This document shows, in pieces, positions 47,282 to 57,032 of a stretch of 64,000 nt of DNA. Under the pieces are notes generated by a model that had not been told where the DNA came from, ran no database searches, and saw nothing but the letters and a program-made list of their open reading frames with translations. The number at the start of each line of letters is the position of its first letter. Position 1 is the stretch's first letter. Origin of the DNA: a virus (lineage: Duplodnaviria > Heunggongvirae > Uroviricota > Caudoviricetes); the IMG/VR virus record IMGVR_UViG_3300046692_000385; one strand, written 5' to 3'. A program made the translations under genes and the position numbers.

Positions 47282-47736
47282 GACCCCCAGTTCTCGCCGC
47301 GATCAACCGGCACTTCCTCGCGCTTGGGCGCAAGCTCCTCATCGATCGCCGTGTGGATGCTCTCGAGCCCGAGCAGCGCAATCACGCGCGCCCGAAGGGC
47401 TGAATCGTTGTAGTGCTGGCCCAGCTTGACGCGAAAGGCTGTCGGCACGAGCGCACCGACATTCGAATGAAACGCGTGCGCCGATTTTTCGACCTTGTAG
47501 CCGCCCTTCTCTTTGGCAGCGACCTGCTTGTCGACCGAGCGGTCCAAGTCCCACTTGGACGTATGCGGAATGACGTTTACCTGCCCTCCACCCGAGTGAA
47601 GCGCCTCGACCTTGCCCCATCGACGCACCTCGACATGCTTGTGGGAGAGCGGGTCGAAAAACTTCACAATCTCGTAGAACTTGGTGCCGCCCGCGTGCAG
47701 CAAGGCGACCGGATCAACAGCGATCTCTTTATCCAT
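47275..47736 (-). CDS. possible WGR-domain protein, C-terminus ..NWGSW
   Basis: RRWGKVE...GGGQV reminiscent of WGR. Confidence 0.35.
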   Translation of the reverse strand: MDKEIAVDPVALLHAGGTKFYEIVKFFDPLSHKHVEVRRWGKVEALHSGGGQVNVIPHTSKWDLDRSVDKQVAAKEKGGYKVEKSAHAFHSNVGALVPTAFRVKLGQHYNDSALRARVIALLGLESIHTAIDEELAPKREEVPVDRGENWGSW

Positions 47737-47807
47737 CGATTCCTCTCTCGCGCTTTACTGTCGCGCTTTCAATAGAAAACATTGTAGCGTTCGATGCTCG
47801 GGAATTG

Positions 47808-47823
47808 TAGTCAGTTTTGACTA
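47808..47823. promoter_or_regulatory. motif TAGTCAGTTTTGACTA fused to TACAAT
   Basis: Minus strand TGACTACAAT. Confidence 0.55.
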
Positions 47824-47840
47824 TTGCCTGTGGCAAATTT

Positions 47841-48923
47841 TCAACGTCCCTTCATGAGCTTCATGCGGGTGGCGGCCATCGGGTTGATGGTCGTTGCCTT
47901 CCAGAAGGCGTCGCGCACCACTGCCGCCGGCACCTCGTTCGGGTCGCGCCCTTCCGGGAGCACCGCCACGCGCGCGGTGAGCCCGATCTTCTTGACCATC
48001 AGCGCCGCTTCGATGGCCGCGTCGATCGCCTTATCTTCGCCGTCCCACATGAACGTGACCATCTCTAGGCCGCCGTCGCGCAGCTTCGCGAGCTTTGCCA
48101 TCTGGGAGTGGTCATCGCCGTGCGAGAGGTGCTTGCCGAAGCTTCCGATCGGCACCACGTCGCGCAGCTCCATCTGCTCATCGAGCGCGATCTTGGTGGC
48201 AGCCACGTCGAACACGCCCTCCCCGATCACCACGTGCTTTGCCGCGTGCGCGTTCTGGCCGTTGTAGAGCACCGAGCCCGTCGAGGCGAAGCCCGGCGGA
48301 AACAAATACTTCTTCGGCGCCTCGCCCGTGATGTCGCGGCCCTGGAACGTCACGAGGTCGCCCTCCAGGTCGAACACCGGGATGATGACGCGGTGGCTGT
48401 AGTCCTGCGCGAGCGTCTTGCCGTTATCGTCCTGGTAGACGAACTCGCCGTCGTGCGAGTAGCGCAGGCTGAAATATTGGGAGATCGCGCCGGTGATGTT
48501 GCGGTTGTCCAGATACTTCAGGTTGCGCTGGTTGTGCGGCAGCGCGATCGACTTCGGCAGCTTGAGCGCCGTGTCCAGGTTCACCGCGACCGCGACCTTG
48601 CGCTTCGGGCGCCAGCCCTGGCTCTTGGCGAAGCTCGTGATGTGCTCCACCACGTCCCGGTTGCTGTCCGAGCCGAGCTGTGCCTTGATGAAGGACCACT
48701 TGTTGAACTTGGTTTCGCAGTCACCGGCGAAGCAGTTCCCCAGACCCGTCTCCAGACCGATGTAGACCTTCCAGTTCGAGTTGCCGCAGCACGGACACTC
48801 CTTGACGTTGGCCTGCCGGCCGCGCGCACCACGTGCTTGCTTATACGTCACGCCCTGATCGTCGAGCCACGCTTCGATGTCCAGCGTCTCAATTGCTTCC
48901 TGAAGCTCCGCGTTATCGCTCAT
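47841..48923 (-). CDS. DNA primase (zinc ribbon + TOPRIM)
   Basis: CPCCGNSNW zinc finger; TOPRIM-like region. Confidence 0.7.
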   Translation of the reverse strand: MSDNAELQEAIETLDIEAWLDDQGVTYKQARGARGRQANVKECPCCGNSNWKVYIGLETGLGNCFAGDCETKFNKWSFIKAQLGSDSNRDVVEHITSFAKSQGWRPKRKVAVAVNLDTALKLPKSIALPHNQRNLKYLDNRNITGAISQYFSLRYSHDGEFVYQDDNGKTLAQDYSHRVIIPVFDLEGDLVTFQGRDITGEAPKKYLFPPGFASTGSVLYNGQNAHAAKHVVIGEGVFDVAATKIALDEQMELRDVVPIGSFGKHLSHGDDHSQMAKLAKLRDGGLEMVTFMWDGEDKAIDAAIEAALMVKKIGLTARVAVLPEGRDPNEVPAAVVRDAFWKATTINPMAATRMKLMKGR

Positions 48924-48963
48924 ACGTCACACCGTTATTGATCACATGCGCGCACGATACGCG

Positions 48964-48991
48964 CGAAAATCAGGGGTTTGTGAGACCCCTG
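48964..48991 (-). terminator. hairpin + U-tract between helicase and primase genes
   Basis: CAGGGGU-cucacaa-ACCCCUG followed by AUUUUCG on minus strand. Confidence 0.4.
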
Positions 48992-49101
48992 TGAAACTGC
49001 CTATCCGCACGCCACGGCAAGTAGCGTGATGGGGACGGGCAGCGTGAACCGCCCGCCACTGAAGAGGATCAGGAGAAGCAGGAAGACCCAGGGGTGCGCC
49101 A

Positions 49102-50523
49102 TCACTCGACTCTCAAAATGCCCTTGATGAACGTCATCGTCGCCATGTCCTGTTGAATGAACACGGTGAAACCCGACTCCTGATTTCGTGATGCGGCAAA
49201 GTAGAGCCGCGCCTCGTTCTTCGAGCGCTCCTCGTCGGTGATGTTGATGGAGATCACCAAGTCGGCAATTCGGATGCGGTTAAAGTCTTCCGCCACGTGC
49301 TCGGCTTTCGCCACCGTGGACTTGAAGCCCTCCCGGTTCGTCTGCGTCGCCGACAGCATCGCGAAGCCCTCGACCAGCGCAATTGCGCGCATGTCGGTGT
49401 AGATGGACTTCGAGTTCTCCACCGAGTCGGGCGTGCGGTAGTTCGGCGCCATGATGTCGAGGTAGTCGCACACCACCAGGTCGAAGATGACGCCCTTCGC
49501 CTTGTAGCGATCGATCAATGCCTGCATCGAGTTCGGCGTGAACTTCGAGGACGGGAACTCATGCACCTTCAGCAGACCCGAGCGCGCACGCAGCGCCTTG
49601 ATCTTGCTGTCGGTGTCGTGGATGTTCTTCGTCAGCTCCTTGATCAAATTCTCGGAGATGGACGCATCCAGACGTTTCGCGATAATGTCCGCGCCGAGCT
49701 CCAGCGTCACATACAGGACGTTCTTGCCGACGAGCGAGGCGTTCTTCGCGAAGTTGATCAAGGCCGTCGACTTGCCCGCCTTAGCCCCGCCCATGAACAG
49801 CGTCAGTTCTTTGCGGCCGAAGCCTTTGTGCATCAGCAGTTCATCGAGCTTGGACAAACCGGTAGAAATTCCCTTCGGCGCCGTCTTGCCGCTCGCTTCG
49901 TCGAGGCGTTCTTCCGTGCGCGATTCGATCTGCGCCCAGTAGTCGTAGCCGTCGTCGGCCTCGTTCAGCCCGACGTCATACGCTTCCTTGATCGCCTTCA
50001 GGATCGGATCGAATTTCTTTTTCTCCAGCAGGCTCACCGACGACAGAATCGCCTGGCTCACCGCCTGGTGTCGTGCGAACTCCGCGACCTTCTCGGCCAC
50101 GTAGTCACGGTCGCCCACCGGGTGATCCTTGAGCACCTTGAACGCACGCACCACTTCGGCAGCCGCGTCCTTACGCATGCGTGCGCTCGTTACTGCGTCG
50201 CGAATCAGTGTCGGGAACACCGCGGCTTCAGGCGTGCGCTTGAAGCGCTCGAAATAGCGCAACGTCAGGTCCACTACGCCCGCTTCACCGTCGTTCTCGA
50301 AATACTCGGGCTTGAGCAGGTGCGACGAACGGCGCATGAATTCCGTGTCCCGCAGCGCGAGCGTCGCGATGATGGTCTGGAACTCGTCGTCGAATTCGAA
50401 CTTGTTGGCGATGAACTCTTCCACGCTCTCGGATTCGGCAGCAGGTGCGGCAGCGCCGCTATACGCAGCGCCCACCATCTTTGCGACCGATTCCTCGACG
50501 CTTGCGATGGCGGCTTCGCTCAT
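49102..50523 (-). CDS. dnaB: DnaB-family replicative helicase
   Basis: RecA-like C-terminal domain with Walker A GGAKAGKST; N-terminal DnaB-like domain. Confidence 0.8.
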   Translation of the reverse strand: MSEAAIASVEESVAKMVGAAYSGAAAPAAESESVEEFIANKFEFDDEFQTIIATLALRDTEFMRRSSHLLKPEYFENDGEAGVVDLTLRYFERFKRTPEAAVFPTLIRDAVTSARMRKDAAAEVVRAFKVLKDHPVGDRDYVAEKVAEFARHQAVSQAILSSVSLLEKKKFDPILKAIKEAYDVGLNEADDGYDYWAQIESRTEERLDEASGKTAPKGISTGLSKLDELLMHKGFGRKELTLFMGGAKAGKSTALINFAKNASLVGKNVLYVTLELGADIIAKRLDASISENLIKELTKNIHDTDSKIKALRARSGLLKVHEFPSSKFTPNSMQALIDRYKAKGVIFDLVVCDYLDIMAPNYRTPDSVENSKSIYTDMRAIALVEGFAMLSATQTNREGFKSTVAKAEHVAEDFNRIRIADLVISINITDEERSKNEARLYFAASRNQESGFTVFIQQDMATMTFIKGILRVE

Positions 50524-50954
50524 TGGAAGTGACCTGCTTCCGGGAGGGCGCCGGGTTCTACGATGCGAACCGTCTCCCCTGTGATGAGAGTGGTGGCGCG
50601 CGGCAGCGGTTTGAACTGCTGGATCGCGTGCTTGAACACCACGTGCGTCCAGCCTTTCACTTCGAGCGAAATCGTAAAGGCGTCGGCCGCGCGGATCTTG
50701 CCAACGAGGACCGTTTCGTCGTCACGCATATAGACTTCGATCTCAGCACCGGAATCCTGCAGCGCCTTCAGAAAGGCCTGGTGCCCGGTCGGTGCGTTCT
50801 TCGGCTTCACGCGCGGTGCGGGGCGCTGCGTGGGGCGCTCGTAGCCAGGGCGCGCACCGAGACGCGGGCGGGCGCTCTGAGGTGTGCCCTCGTCGCAGCG
50901 GGCCAGGCGCTGTCCTTCACGAAGTTGTTCGATGCGCAGTTGTTCGGGGGTCAT
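50520..50954 (-). CDS. Hfq-like (Sm fold) protein
   Basis: QAFLKALQDSGAEIEVYMRDDETVLVGKIRAADAFTISLEVKGWTHVVFKHAIQQFKP aligns with Hfq Sm1/Sm2 (..YKHAIST..); start MTPEQL at 50954 with GGAGAG RBS. Confidence 0.5.
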   Translation of the reverse strand: MTPEQLRIEQLREGQRLARCDEGTPQSARPRLGARPGYERPTQRPAPRVKPKNAPTGHQAFLKALQDSGAEIEVYMRDDETVLVGKIRAADAFTISLEVKGWTHVVFKHAIQQFKPLPRATTLITGETVRIVEPGALPEAGHFQ

Positions 50955-51011
50955 GAAGCTCTCCAACACGGGTATGGGTAGAAAATGAATGTCACTCTGA
51001 CGCAAACATTA

Positions 51012-51027
51012 TAGTCAGTTTTGACTA
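51012..51027. promoter_or_regulatory. motif TAGTCAGTTTTGACTA fused to TATAAT (contains stop codon of 51025..51783)
   Basis: Minus strand CATTAGTCAAAACTGACTATAATG; upstream of Hfq-like gene. Confidence 0.55.
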
Positions 51028-51783
51028 ATGCTCACCGGCTATTTGAAGCGCTGCGTCCACGACTCCCGCAGGAAAGTGGGCGAGCGCGGCTTCGATGCGC
51101 AGGATGCCGTGGGTGTAGAGGGCCGCCGACAGGGAAAACTTCGGGTGCGCCCGCTGCTTGATCTGCTTGATGAGGAACGCCTCGTAGGCGATCTGGTCGG
51201 CGTGTCCGAACCAGTTGGCGGCCAGGTAGCGCTCGTCGGCGCAGATTTGGAGGCTGTTGCGGCACTCCTCTTCCCAGGCGAGCACCATGTCGGCCAACAT
51301 CTCGTCGTTGGCGTTCATGTGCGAGGGGCGCGGCGCGTGGTGCCAGCTCCGGGCCATCATCCAGTTCATTGCGAAACGCAGGAAAAAATTGTAACGAATG
51401 CCGAGCTGATCTCCCGTTTGCCGGAGCTGCCAGAGCGCTTTCTTTTCCTTTGCGACCATGAAGTCATCGCCGCCCTTGAACGGCCGCATGAACTTGCCGC
51501 GTTCGAAGTCGAGCGTCGTCACCATGAAGTCCTGATAAGCCTTCCGGTAGCACTGCGCGAAGAGGTAGGTCGCCTTCGTCGGGTGCATCCGCCGGTAGTC
51601 GAACCACTTGGTCGTGAGGAGCTCGGGTTCGCGCTTGAGAATCTTGCCGTCGATGTTGGCAATTGCCGCGACCTCGCAGCGCAGGAACGACAGGTCGTGT
51701 CCGTAGAATTCCCCGAACCATTCCGTGAGCTTGGGTTCCGCGATTGTGACTTGGGTCATCCTCTCCGCCTCGTATATAAACAA
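51025..51783 (-). CDS. hypothetical protein
   Basis: 252 aa; start ambiguous (MFIYEAER vs MTQVTIAE); stop codon TAG lies inside a motif copy. Confidence 0.5.
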   Translation of the reverse strand: MFIYEAERMTQVTIAEPKLTEWFGEFYGHDLSFLRCEVAAIANIDGKILKREPELLTTKWFDYRRMHPTKATYLFAQCYRKAYQDFMVTTLDFERGKFMRPFKGGDDFMVAKEKKALWQLRQTGDQLGIRYNFFLRFAMNWMMARSWHHAPRPSHMNANDEMLADMVLAWEEECRNSLQICADERYLAANWFGHADQIAYEAFLIKQIKQRAHPKFSLSAALYTHGILRIEAALAHFPAGVVDAALQIAGEH

Positions 51784-51918
51784 TAAACAATGAATAGTTT
51801 TAGTCTTAAAGACTTCTTTCTTTTACGGGAACGCATTGGGAACCCAAGTCGCGGACCCAAGAACCCAAGTCTAGGGAGCGGACCCAACGCGGGCCCGCAT
51901 CTCCACATCACAGAAGGA

Positions 51919-52197
51919 TCAGAACTTGGTCGGTGCCGCCACCGCCCGCGTGAGAGCCATCAGACCCGTCTGCAGGTCGGTCATGCCGATGGACGCCCAC
52001 CGCAGCGGCGCCGTGACGGTCGACCCAACCGGGAAGCTCTCGGGCAGCGGCCCCTTCTCGCGCTCGATGCAGTAGTGCTGGACCTTCGTGACAAGATCGC
52101 GCAGGGTGCTGCCGGCCGCGGCGATTTCGTTCATCAGGTCGATCTCGGCCTGGGGCAAGTCGCGATACCCCGTAATGCGTTGATGTTGGTCTTTCAC
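51919..52197 (-). CDS. hypothetical protein (92 aa, GTG start)
   Basis: GTGA overlap with phoH stop, AAGGAAG RBS; C-terminal part of a longer out-of-frame ORF-track entry. Confidence 0.35.
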   Translation of the reverse strand: MKDQHQRITGYRDLPQAEIDLMNEIAAAGSTLRDLVTKVQHYCIEREKGPLPESFPVGSTVTAPLRWASIGMTDLQTGLMALTRAVAAPTKF

Positions 52198-52952
52198 GCT
52201 GCTTCCTTTTCGTAGCTGGACAATATTTCCTGGATGACGCCGTGCCGCACGACATCCTCTTTGGAGAAGCGCACGTGGCCGACAGTCGGAATCCACGTCA
52301 CGCGCTCGATTGCGTCCTGCAGACCGGACTTGCCGCGGATGTCGCACTGGCCGATGTCGCCGTTGACGATCATTCGGGAGCCTTCCCCGATCCGGGTCAG
52401 GAACATCTTCATCTGCTCGGGCGTGGTGTTCTGCGCCTCGTCCAAGATGACGATTGCATGTTTGAAAGTGCGGCCGCGCATGTAGGCGAGCGGCGCGCCT
52501 TCGATGTTGCCCATGCGCTTGTGATACTCGTAGGCGCCGGTGCCGAGGCGCTCGATCATCACTTCCTCGAACGGCACGAGGTAGTGGCTGAACTTCTCTT
52601 CCATCTCGCCCGGCAGAAAGCCCAGACTCTCGCCCGCCTCCACCGCCGGTCGGGTCACGATGATTCGCTCGATGCGTTTCTCGCGCAGGGCATCCGCTGC
52701 GAGGGACGCGCATACCCACGTTTTGCCGGTCCCGGCGGGGCCCGTCGCGAAAGTGATCGTCTTGCCCTTGATGGACGCGATGTAGCGCCCCTGGGCTGCT
52801 GTGCGGGCTTCGATCGGGTCATACGACGGACGCACCACCTTGCGCCGCGCTTGCTCGGCAGCGGGGTCGAAGTGTGCGGTCTGGTCCTCATTGCGCCGAC
52901 GGTCGGTGCGGGTCTTCTGACGGGATTGTTGCGGTTGCTTCTGGCGGGGCAT
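52194..52952 (-). CDS. phoH: PhoH-like ATPase
   Basis: Walker A ATGPAGTGKT and PhoH core. Confidence 0.8.
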   Translation of the reverse strand: MPRQKQPQQSRQKTRTDRRRNEDQTAHFDPAAEQARRKVVRPSYDPIEARTAAQGRYIASIKGKTITFATGPAGTGKTWVCASLAADALREKRIERIIVTRPAVEAGESLGFLPGEMEEKFSHYLVPFEEVMIERLGTGAYEYHKRMGNIEGAPLAYMRGRTFKHAIVILDEAQNTTPEQMKMFLTRIGEGSRMIVNGDIGQCDIRGKSGLQDAIERVTWIPTVGHVRFSKEDVVRHGVIQEILSSYEKEAA

Positions 52953-52990
52953 GAGGGCGTCCTAGGTTGGTTCTAAGAGCCCCCATTATT

Positions 52991-53005
52991 ACTCAGTTTT
53001 GACTG
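52991..53005. promoter_or_regulatory. motif ACTCAGTTTTGACTG followed by TAATAAT
   Basis: Upstream of phoH. Confidence 0.5.
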
Positions 53006-53017
53006 TTCATCTATAAG

Positions 53018-53335
53018 TTAGTCACGCACGAGCAACGAACCAATCACCATAAGGTGCTGGCCGTCGCTCCCGTCCACCTGAAAGCGCACGCCGTAGGTGG
53101 TGCTGCTCTGACCGCCGCCAACGAGTGCCGAGACGACCATGCCGTCGATCGTGGCCGCGCCCTGCACCATCGACTGGGTGTTCGGTGCGGCGACGTTCAG
53201 GCCCACCACGTCGACCGTGGCAGCGGAGATGATCACGCCCGCCGGCAGGAGCTTGGCGAAGTTGACGGAGAAGCGCTCGACATCCTCCGGGCGCTTGGGG
53301 CTGAAACTCAGATCGGGCGTAATTTTCATGGTCAT
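53018..53335 (-). CDS. hypothetical protein (possible virion component)
   Basis: 105 aa, precedes fibre genes. Confidence 0.4.
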   Translation of the reverse strand: MTMKITPDLSFSPKRPEDVERFSVNFAKLLPAGVIISAATVDVVGLNVAAPNTQSMVQGAATIDGMVVSALVGGGQSSTTYGVRFQVDGSDGQHLMVIGSLLVRD

Positions 53336-53337
53336 TC

Positions 53338-55101
53338 TCAGTTGGAGCGGGTTCGAGCGGGTGCGAAAAGGTGACGGCTGCGGCTTCCCGGCTGCGCGCT
53401 CTGCTCGCGGGCTTGTGCGGTGAGGCTGCGCGTGCGGGTCGGAGTGAGGCTGCGCACGCGCGACGGCACGAACTTGGCCGGCACCACCTGCGTCTGAGCC
53501 GTGAGGGTGAGCGCCGCGTCGAGCCGGGTTTCGATGGCGAGCTCCGCCGACAGATCCAGGGGCTCGATGTCGCCCATCCAGGCCGCGAGGGTCGAGTTAG
53601 TCTGAAGGTCAGCGGCGAGCGGCACATCCATGCGCAGCGCCGCGGCAAGTGTTGCGGCCGGCAGCAGCTCCGCGGCGAGATCGATCGGCGTCAGCACCTG
53701 GCCGAGCGTCGCGTCGGCGTCGAGGGTCGTGCCCGCGTGCAGGTCGGCTGCGATTGCCTTGTGGATCGTCAGGTCGGCCGTGAGCGAACTGGAGGCCTCG
53801 AGATCCACGCTGATCGCGCGTGCACTGCCCACCGCCGCAATCAGGCTCGACTGCGTGTGGAGGCTCGCTTCGAGGGAGGTCGAAAGGCCCGCGGCCGCGG
53901 TGAGCTGAGATCCACCCGTGAGTGCGGCCTCGAGCTGCACGCCACGCGTGGCGCCGGAGATGAGGCTCGATCCGGCGATAAGCGTCGCGGCAAGCGGCCG
54001 GTCGATCGTGACCGCGCCGGCGAGGCTTGCGCCGGCCGTGAGGCTGGTTGCGAGTGAGGTTGAGAGTGCGGCGGTCGCCGCGAGGCCCGAACCGCTGGCA
54101 AGACTTGCCGCGAGCGGGACGGCTTTGCTTGCGTTCGCTGCGAGCGACGATGTGCCCTGCAAGCTCGCATTGAGCCCGGTAGCGAGTCCAGCCGTGCCCG
54201 TGAGTGTCGATGCGCTCGCAAGCGCTGCGGCAAGCCCTGTCGCGAGACTGACGGTGCCCGAGAGGGTCGATGCCGTCGTGAGTGCGGCAGATACGGCGAT
54301 ACCGGTCGACACCGGCGTGTAGGTGATGCGGATCTGGCCGCCCGCAGCCGTGCCGCCCGTGCTCGAACCCCAACCACCGCCGCCCGAACCACCGCCCGGA
54401 AAGCCGCCGTTGCCGCCGTTGTTGCCGTTCGACGTCGAGCCGGTGTTACCACCGCCACCACCGCCACCGCCGCCACCGCCGTTTGCGTTCGAGCCGCCGG
54501 CGCCGCCGTTACCGGTGCCGGTCGCAGCGCCTGCTGTGCCCTTTGCTCCGCCCAGGCTGTTGTCACCTGCGCCACCTGCACCGCCCGCGCTGGTTGTGGG
54601 TGCGACGCCTACCGCGCCGACGCCATCCGGGCCTGGCGCGCCACCACCGCCACCACCACCGCCGTTCGTCGCGTTGCGCCCGTTGCCGCCGGCAGTGCCC
54701 GCGCGCTTGACCTGGCCGTTAGCGCCGGTCGTGGTTGCGCCGAGACCGCCCGTCGACGAGCCGCTGATCGGTGCCTTACCGCCGTTTGCTGACACGACGC
54801 CCGATGCGACGGAGGTGCCATCGAACCAGGTGCCGGTGCCGTCGAAACCAAAGCCGTTGCCGGTCGACGATGCCGGCCCACCCACGCCCAAGCCAATCGG
54901 GACTTGGCGACCAGGCGTATAGCCGGTGAGATTGGCGCTGCTCGAATAGCCACCCGAGCCACCGCCTGGTGAGCCGTTGGGTGCGTCGGCGTTACCGCTC
55001 GCGCCTGCGCCATGTGTTTCGACGGAATCAAGGGTGCCGGAGCAGTTCGCCGGCACTTCCCATACATCACCTGCTGTGAGGATGACGACTACTTGCGCCA
55101 T
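53338..55101 (-). CDS. Gly-rich fibre-like structural protein
   Basis: 587 aa; long GGxGG tracts then repetitive Ala/Leu/Thr beta-like repeats. Confidence 0.55.
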   Translation of the reverse strand: MAQVVVILTAGDVWEVPANCSGTLDSVETHGAGASGNADAPNGSPGGGSGGYSSSANLTGYTPGRQVPIGLGVGGPASSTGNGFGFDGTGTWFDGTSVASGVVSANGGKAPISGSSTGGLGATTTGANGQVKRAGTAGGNGRNATNGGGGGGGGAPGPDGVGAVGVAPTTSAGGAGGAGDNSLGGAKGTAGAATGTGNGGAGGSNANGGGGGGGGGGGNTGSTSNGNNGGNGGFPGGGSGGGGWGSSTGGTAAGGQIRITYTPVSTGIAVSAALTTASTLSGTVSLATGLAAALASASTLTGTAGLATGLNASLQGTSSLAANASKAVPLAASLASGSGLAATAALSTSLATSLTAGASLAGAVTIDRPLAATLIAGSSLISGATRGVQLEAALTGGSQLTAAAGLSTSLEASLHTQSSLIAAVGSARAISVDLEASSSLTADLTIHKAIAADLHAGTTLDADATLGQVLTPIDLAAELLPAATLAAALRMDVPLAADLQTNSTLAAWMGDIEPLDLSAELAIETRLDAALTLTAQTQVVPAKFVPSRVRSLTPTRTRSLTAQAREQSAQPGSRSRHLFAPARTRSN

Positions 55102-55160
55102 GACTACCCCTGCCCTTGCGGCATCGGTTCAATGGGGGAAGTCAGGCGCACGTAGCCCAC

Positions 55161-55175
55161 AGTCAGGTTTGACTA
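55161..55175. promoter_or_regulatory. motif AGTCAGGTTTGACTA
   Basis: Upstream of Gly-rich fibre gene. Confidence 0.45.
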
Positions 55176-55184
55176 TGGCTTGCG

Positions 55185-55619
55185 TTACGACAGCGTGAGA
55201 GCCATCTGCGCGGGCGAGAACGACACCGTGTTGCCGATGCCGACCGTCTGCGCGGAGGTGAGCGCGCCGTAGAACAGCAGATTGCCGCCCGTGAGTGCGT
55301 CGTAGATCGCCACACCGACCACCGAGCCCCAGGCAGCGGTGGGCGTCGCAAAGCCGATCGCTGCGTTGTTGGAGGTCTTGCCGGTGGCGCCCGAGCTTGC
55401 GACCGTCGAGCCGTCGGCTTGCGTGCCCGCCCAGTTGGCGAGGCTCGATGCCACGCCCACGCGCGCGTAACTGCCGCCCGAGACTTCGGTGCCGCCACCG
55501 GAGGGGCCGGCCGTTGCCGTCATCAGCGCGACGTAGACCGTGGCCGGCGGGGTGAACGCCTGACCGCGCAGCAGCCAGTCGATGATCTTGTTTTCGAGAT
55601 ATGCCGAGAAAGCTGCCAT
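55185..55619 (-). CDS. tail-fibre-associated protein
   Basis: MAAFSAYLENKIIDWLLRG...YVALMT family often found beside phage tail fibres. Confidence 0.4.
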   Translation of the reverse strand: MAAFSAYLENKIIDWLLRGQAFTPPATVYVALMTATAGPSGGGTEVSGGSYARVGVASSLANWAGTQADGSTVASSGATGKTSNNAAIGFATPTAAWGSVVGVAIYDALTGGNLLFYGALTSAQTVGIGNTVSFSPAQMALTLS

Positions 55620-55660
55620 CTAGAGGCTCCTGTTTGAGTGTCTGAAATATACCACGAAAC

Positions 55661-55674
55661 AGTCAGTTTTGACT
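55661..55674. promoter_or_regulatory. motif inside perfect 10-bp-arm palindrome GAAACAGTCA-GTTT-TGACTGTTTC
   Basis: Stop codon of upstream gene lies in first arm; TATATT follows 4 nt after on coding strand. Confidence 0.5.
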
Positions 55675-55677
55675 GTT

Positions 55678-56979
55678 TCAGTGGATCAGGGATTTCACGA
55701 TCGAGTGGTCGATTTCGTGCCCTTCGCGGTGATACCACTTGCCGCCTGAGACCGCAAAATCCGTCACCGCCACGTAGTCGAAGTTGGTCGAGCGCGTCTG
55801 GGTGTCGACGTTCACCAGGACAAAGCCGTTGTGCCAGCGCTCCCCTTCGCAGTAGGAGGCGGAACGCTTGTGGCCGCTACCGAGCTGGTGCCATTCGTAG
55901 GCGCCGTAGATCGGCGAGAACTGGCTCCAGACCTGGTGCCGGTGATGGTGGCCGTTCACGCCCGGCAGGCCCATGTTGCGCGCGTGCGGGAAGTGGTGGC
56001 AGAGGACCGTATCGAAGTAGACCTTGTAGTTGTTCGCCAGCTCGCGCTCGAAGTCGCGCTTGGTGAAGGCCGCGAGGTCCGCCTTGGCGATGTAGTTGAT
56101 CTGGAACTGGTCGAGACCCAGGAGCTTGCTGACCGTCATCCCGTGCAGGTCGGACAGAACCGAGCGCAGCGCGGGCGTGGCGTCGCTCATGTGACGCAGG
56201 AGGCGCGCTTCGTGGTTGCCTTCGATGAAGTCGATCTGGGCGTCGGGACAAGCGCGGCGCAGCGGCCCGAGGATGTTCTCGTGGGTGAACTTGATGCGAC
56301 CGGTCACGTCCCACTCGCGCGGGTCGACCCCGTATTTGCCGAATTCGGGCAGGTCGAAGATGTCGCCGTTGAGCACAATCACGTCCGGCTGCACGCGCTT
56401 GGCGGTGTCGACCAGCACGCGCAGATAGAACAGGTCAATCTCCTTGTCGTGCAGGTCCGAGCACACCAGCATCGTCTTGAAGCGGCCCGGGTTCGTGCGC
56501 ACGTAGCGCTCGGCCCAGTCACGACGCTCCTCGTTCGCGCGCCGGTAGTGGTCGACCGAGACGTGCTTGGCGATCTGCCGCTCGAGCTGGTGTTGCTGGC
56601 GGTTGAGCTCCAGTTGGGCCTGGCGCTTGAATTCGAGGAAGGAGCCGAAGTGACAGTTCCAGGCCGACTCAGCGAGCGGCCCGTATTTGCGGAACGAATC
56701 GCGCGTGACGGGCTTCTCCGGGTTCAGCAGAGCGAACGTGCGCAGCGCCTCGACGCACTCTTCGGCCGTCGCTTCGGTGATCCGGTTGACGTTCTCCGAC
56801 TCCGGCAGTTCCACGCCGTTGCGGTTGATGATCTTGCCCGCGTAAAGCTTCGTGCGACGCAGCGCGACCGCCTTGTTCTTGACCGTCTGCACCGAGAGGC
56901 CAAGCTCGCGCGCGACGTCCTGCATGGTCGGAAACTGCTTGGTGTTGTTGAAGGTCTTGACGAATTGGTCGTGCAACAT
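55678..56979 (-). CDS. HTH-containing calcineurin-like metallophosphoesterase
   Basis: N-terminal HTH MQDVARELGLSVQTVKNKAVALR; GDIFD and GNHE phosphoesterase motifs. Confidence 0.6.
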   Translation of the reverse strand: MLHDQFVKTFNNTKQFPTMQDVARELGLSVQTVKNKAVALRRTKLYAGKIINRNGVELPESENVNRITEATAEECVEALRTFALLNPEKPVTRDSFRKYGPLAESAWNCHFGSFLEFKRQAQLELNRQQHQLERQIAKHVSVDHYRRANEERRDWAERYVRTNPGRFKTMLVCSDLHDKEIDLFYLRVLVDTAKRVQPDVIVLNGDIFDLPEFGKYGVDPREWDVTGRIKFTHENILGPLRRACPDAQIDFIEGNHEARLLRHMSDATPALRSVLSDLHGMTVSKLLGLDQFQINYIAKADLAAFTKRDFERELANNYKVYFDTVLCHHFPHARNMGLPGVNGHHHRHQVWSQFSPIYGAYEWHQLGSGHKRSASYCEGERWHNGFVLVNVDTQTRSTNFDYVAVTDFAVSGGKWYHREGHEIDHSIVKSLIH

Positions 56980-57001
56980 TCGATCTTCCTGGCGTGGATG
57001 T

Positions 57002-57026
57002 GGAAACGGCCCGTTTGTAGCGGGCC
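57002..57026 (-). terminator. hairpin + short U-tract after spanin genes
   Basis: GGCCCG-cuacaaa-CGGGCC followed by GUUUCC on minus strand. Confidence 0.35.
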
Positions 57027-57032
57027 GGCGGG

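Noticed and set aside
51840-51885. Direct repeats GAACCCAAGTC x3 in the gap between 51783 and 51919; considered as a tRNA or small-RNA locus
   Set aside because: No cloverleaf or T-loop (GTTCRANYC) could be built by eye. Likely simple tandem repeats or a regulatory spacer. This needs tRNAscan to exclude.
55185-55619. Considered calling this product a lectin or tail-fibre assembly chaperone
   Set aside because: Only family-level resemblance (MAAFSAYLENKIIDWLLRG...) is recalled from phage tail-fibre neighbourhoods, with no specific functional evidence.
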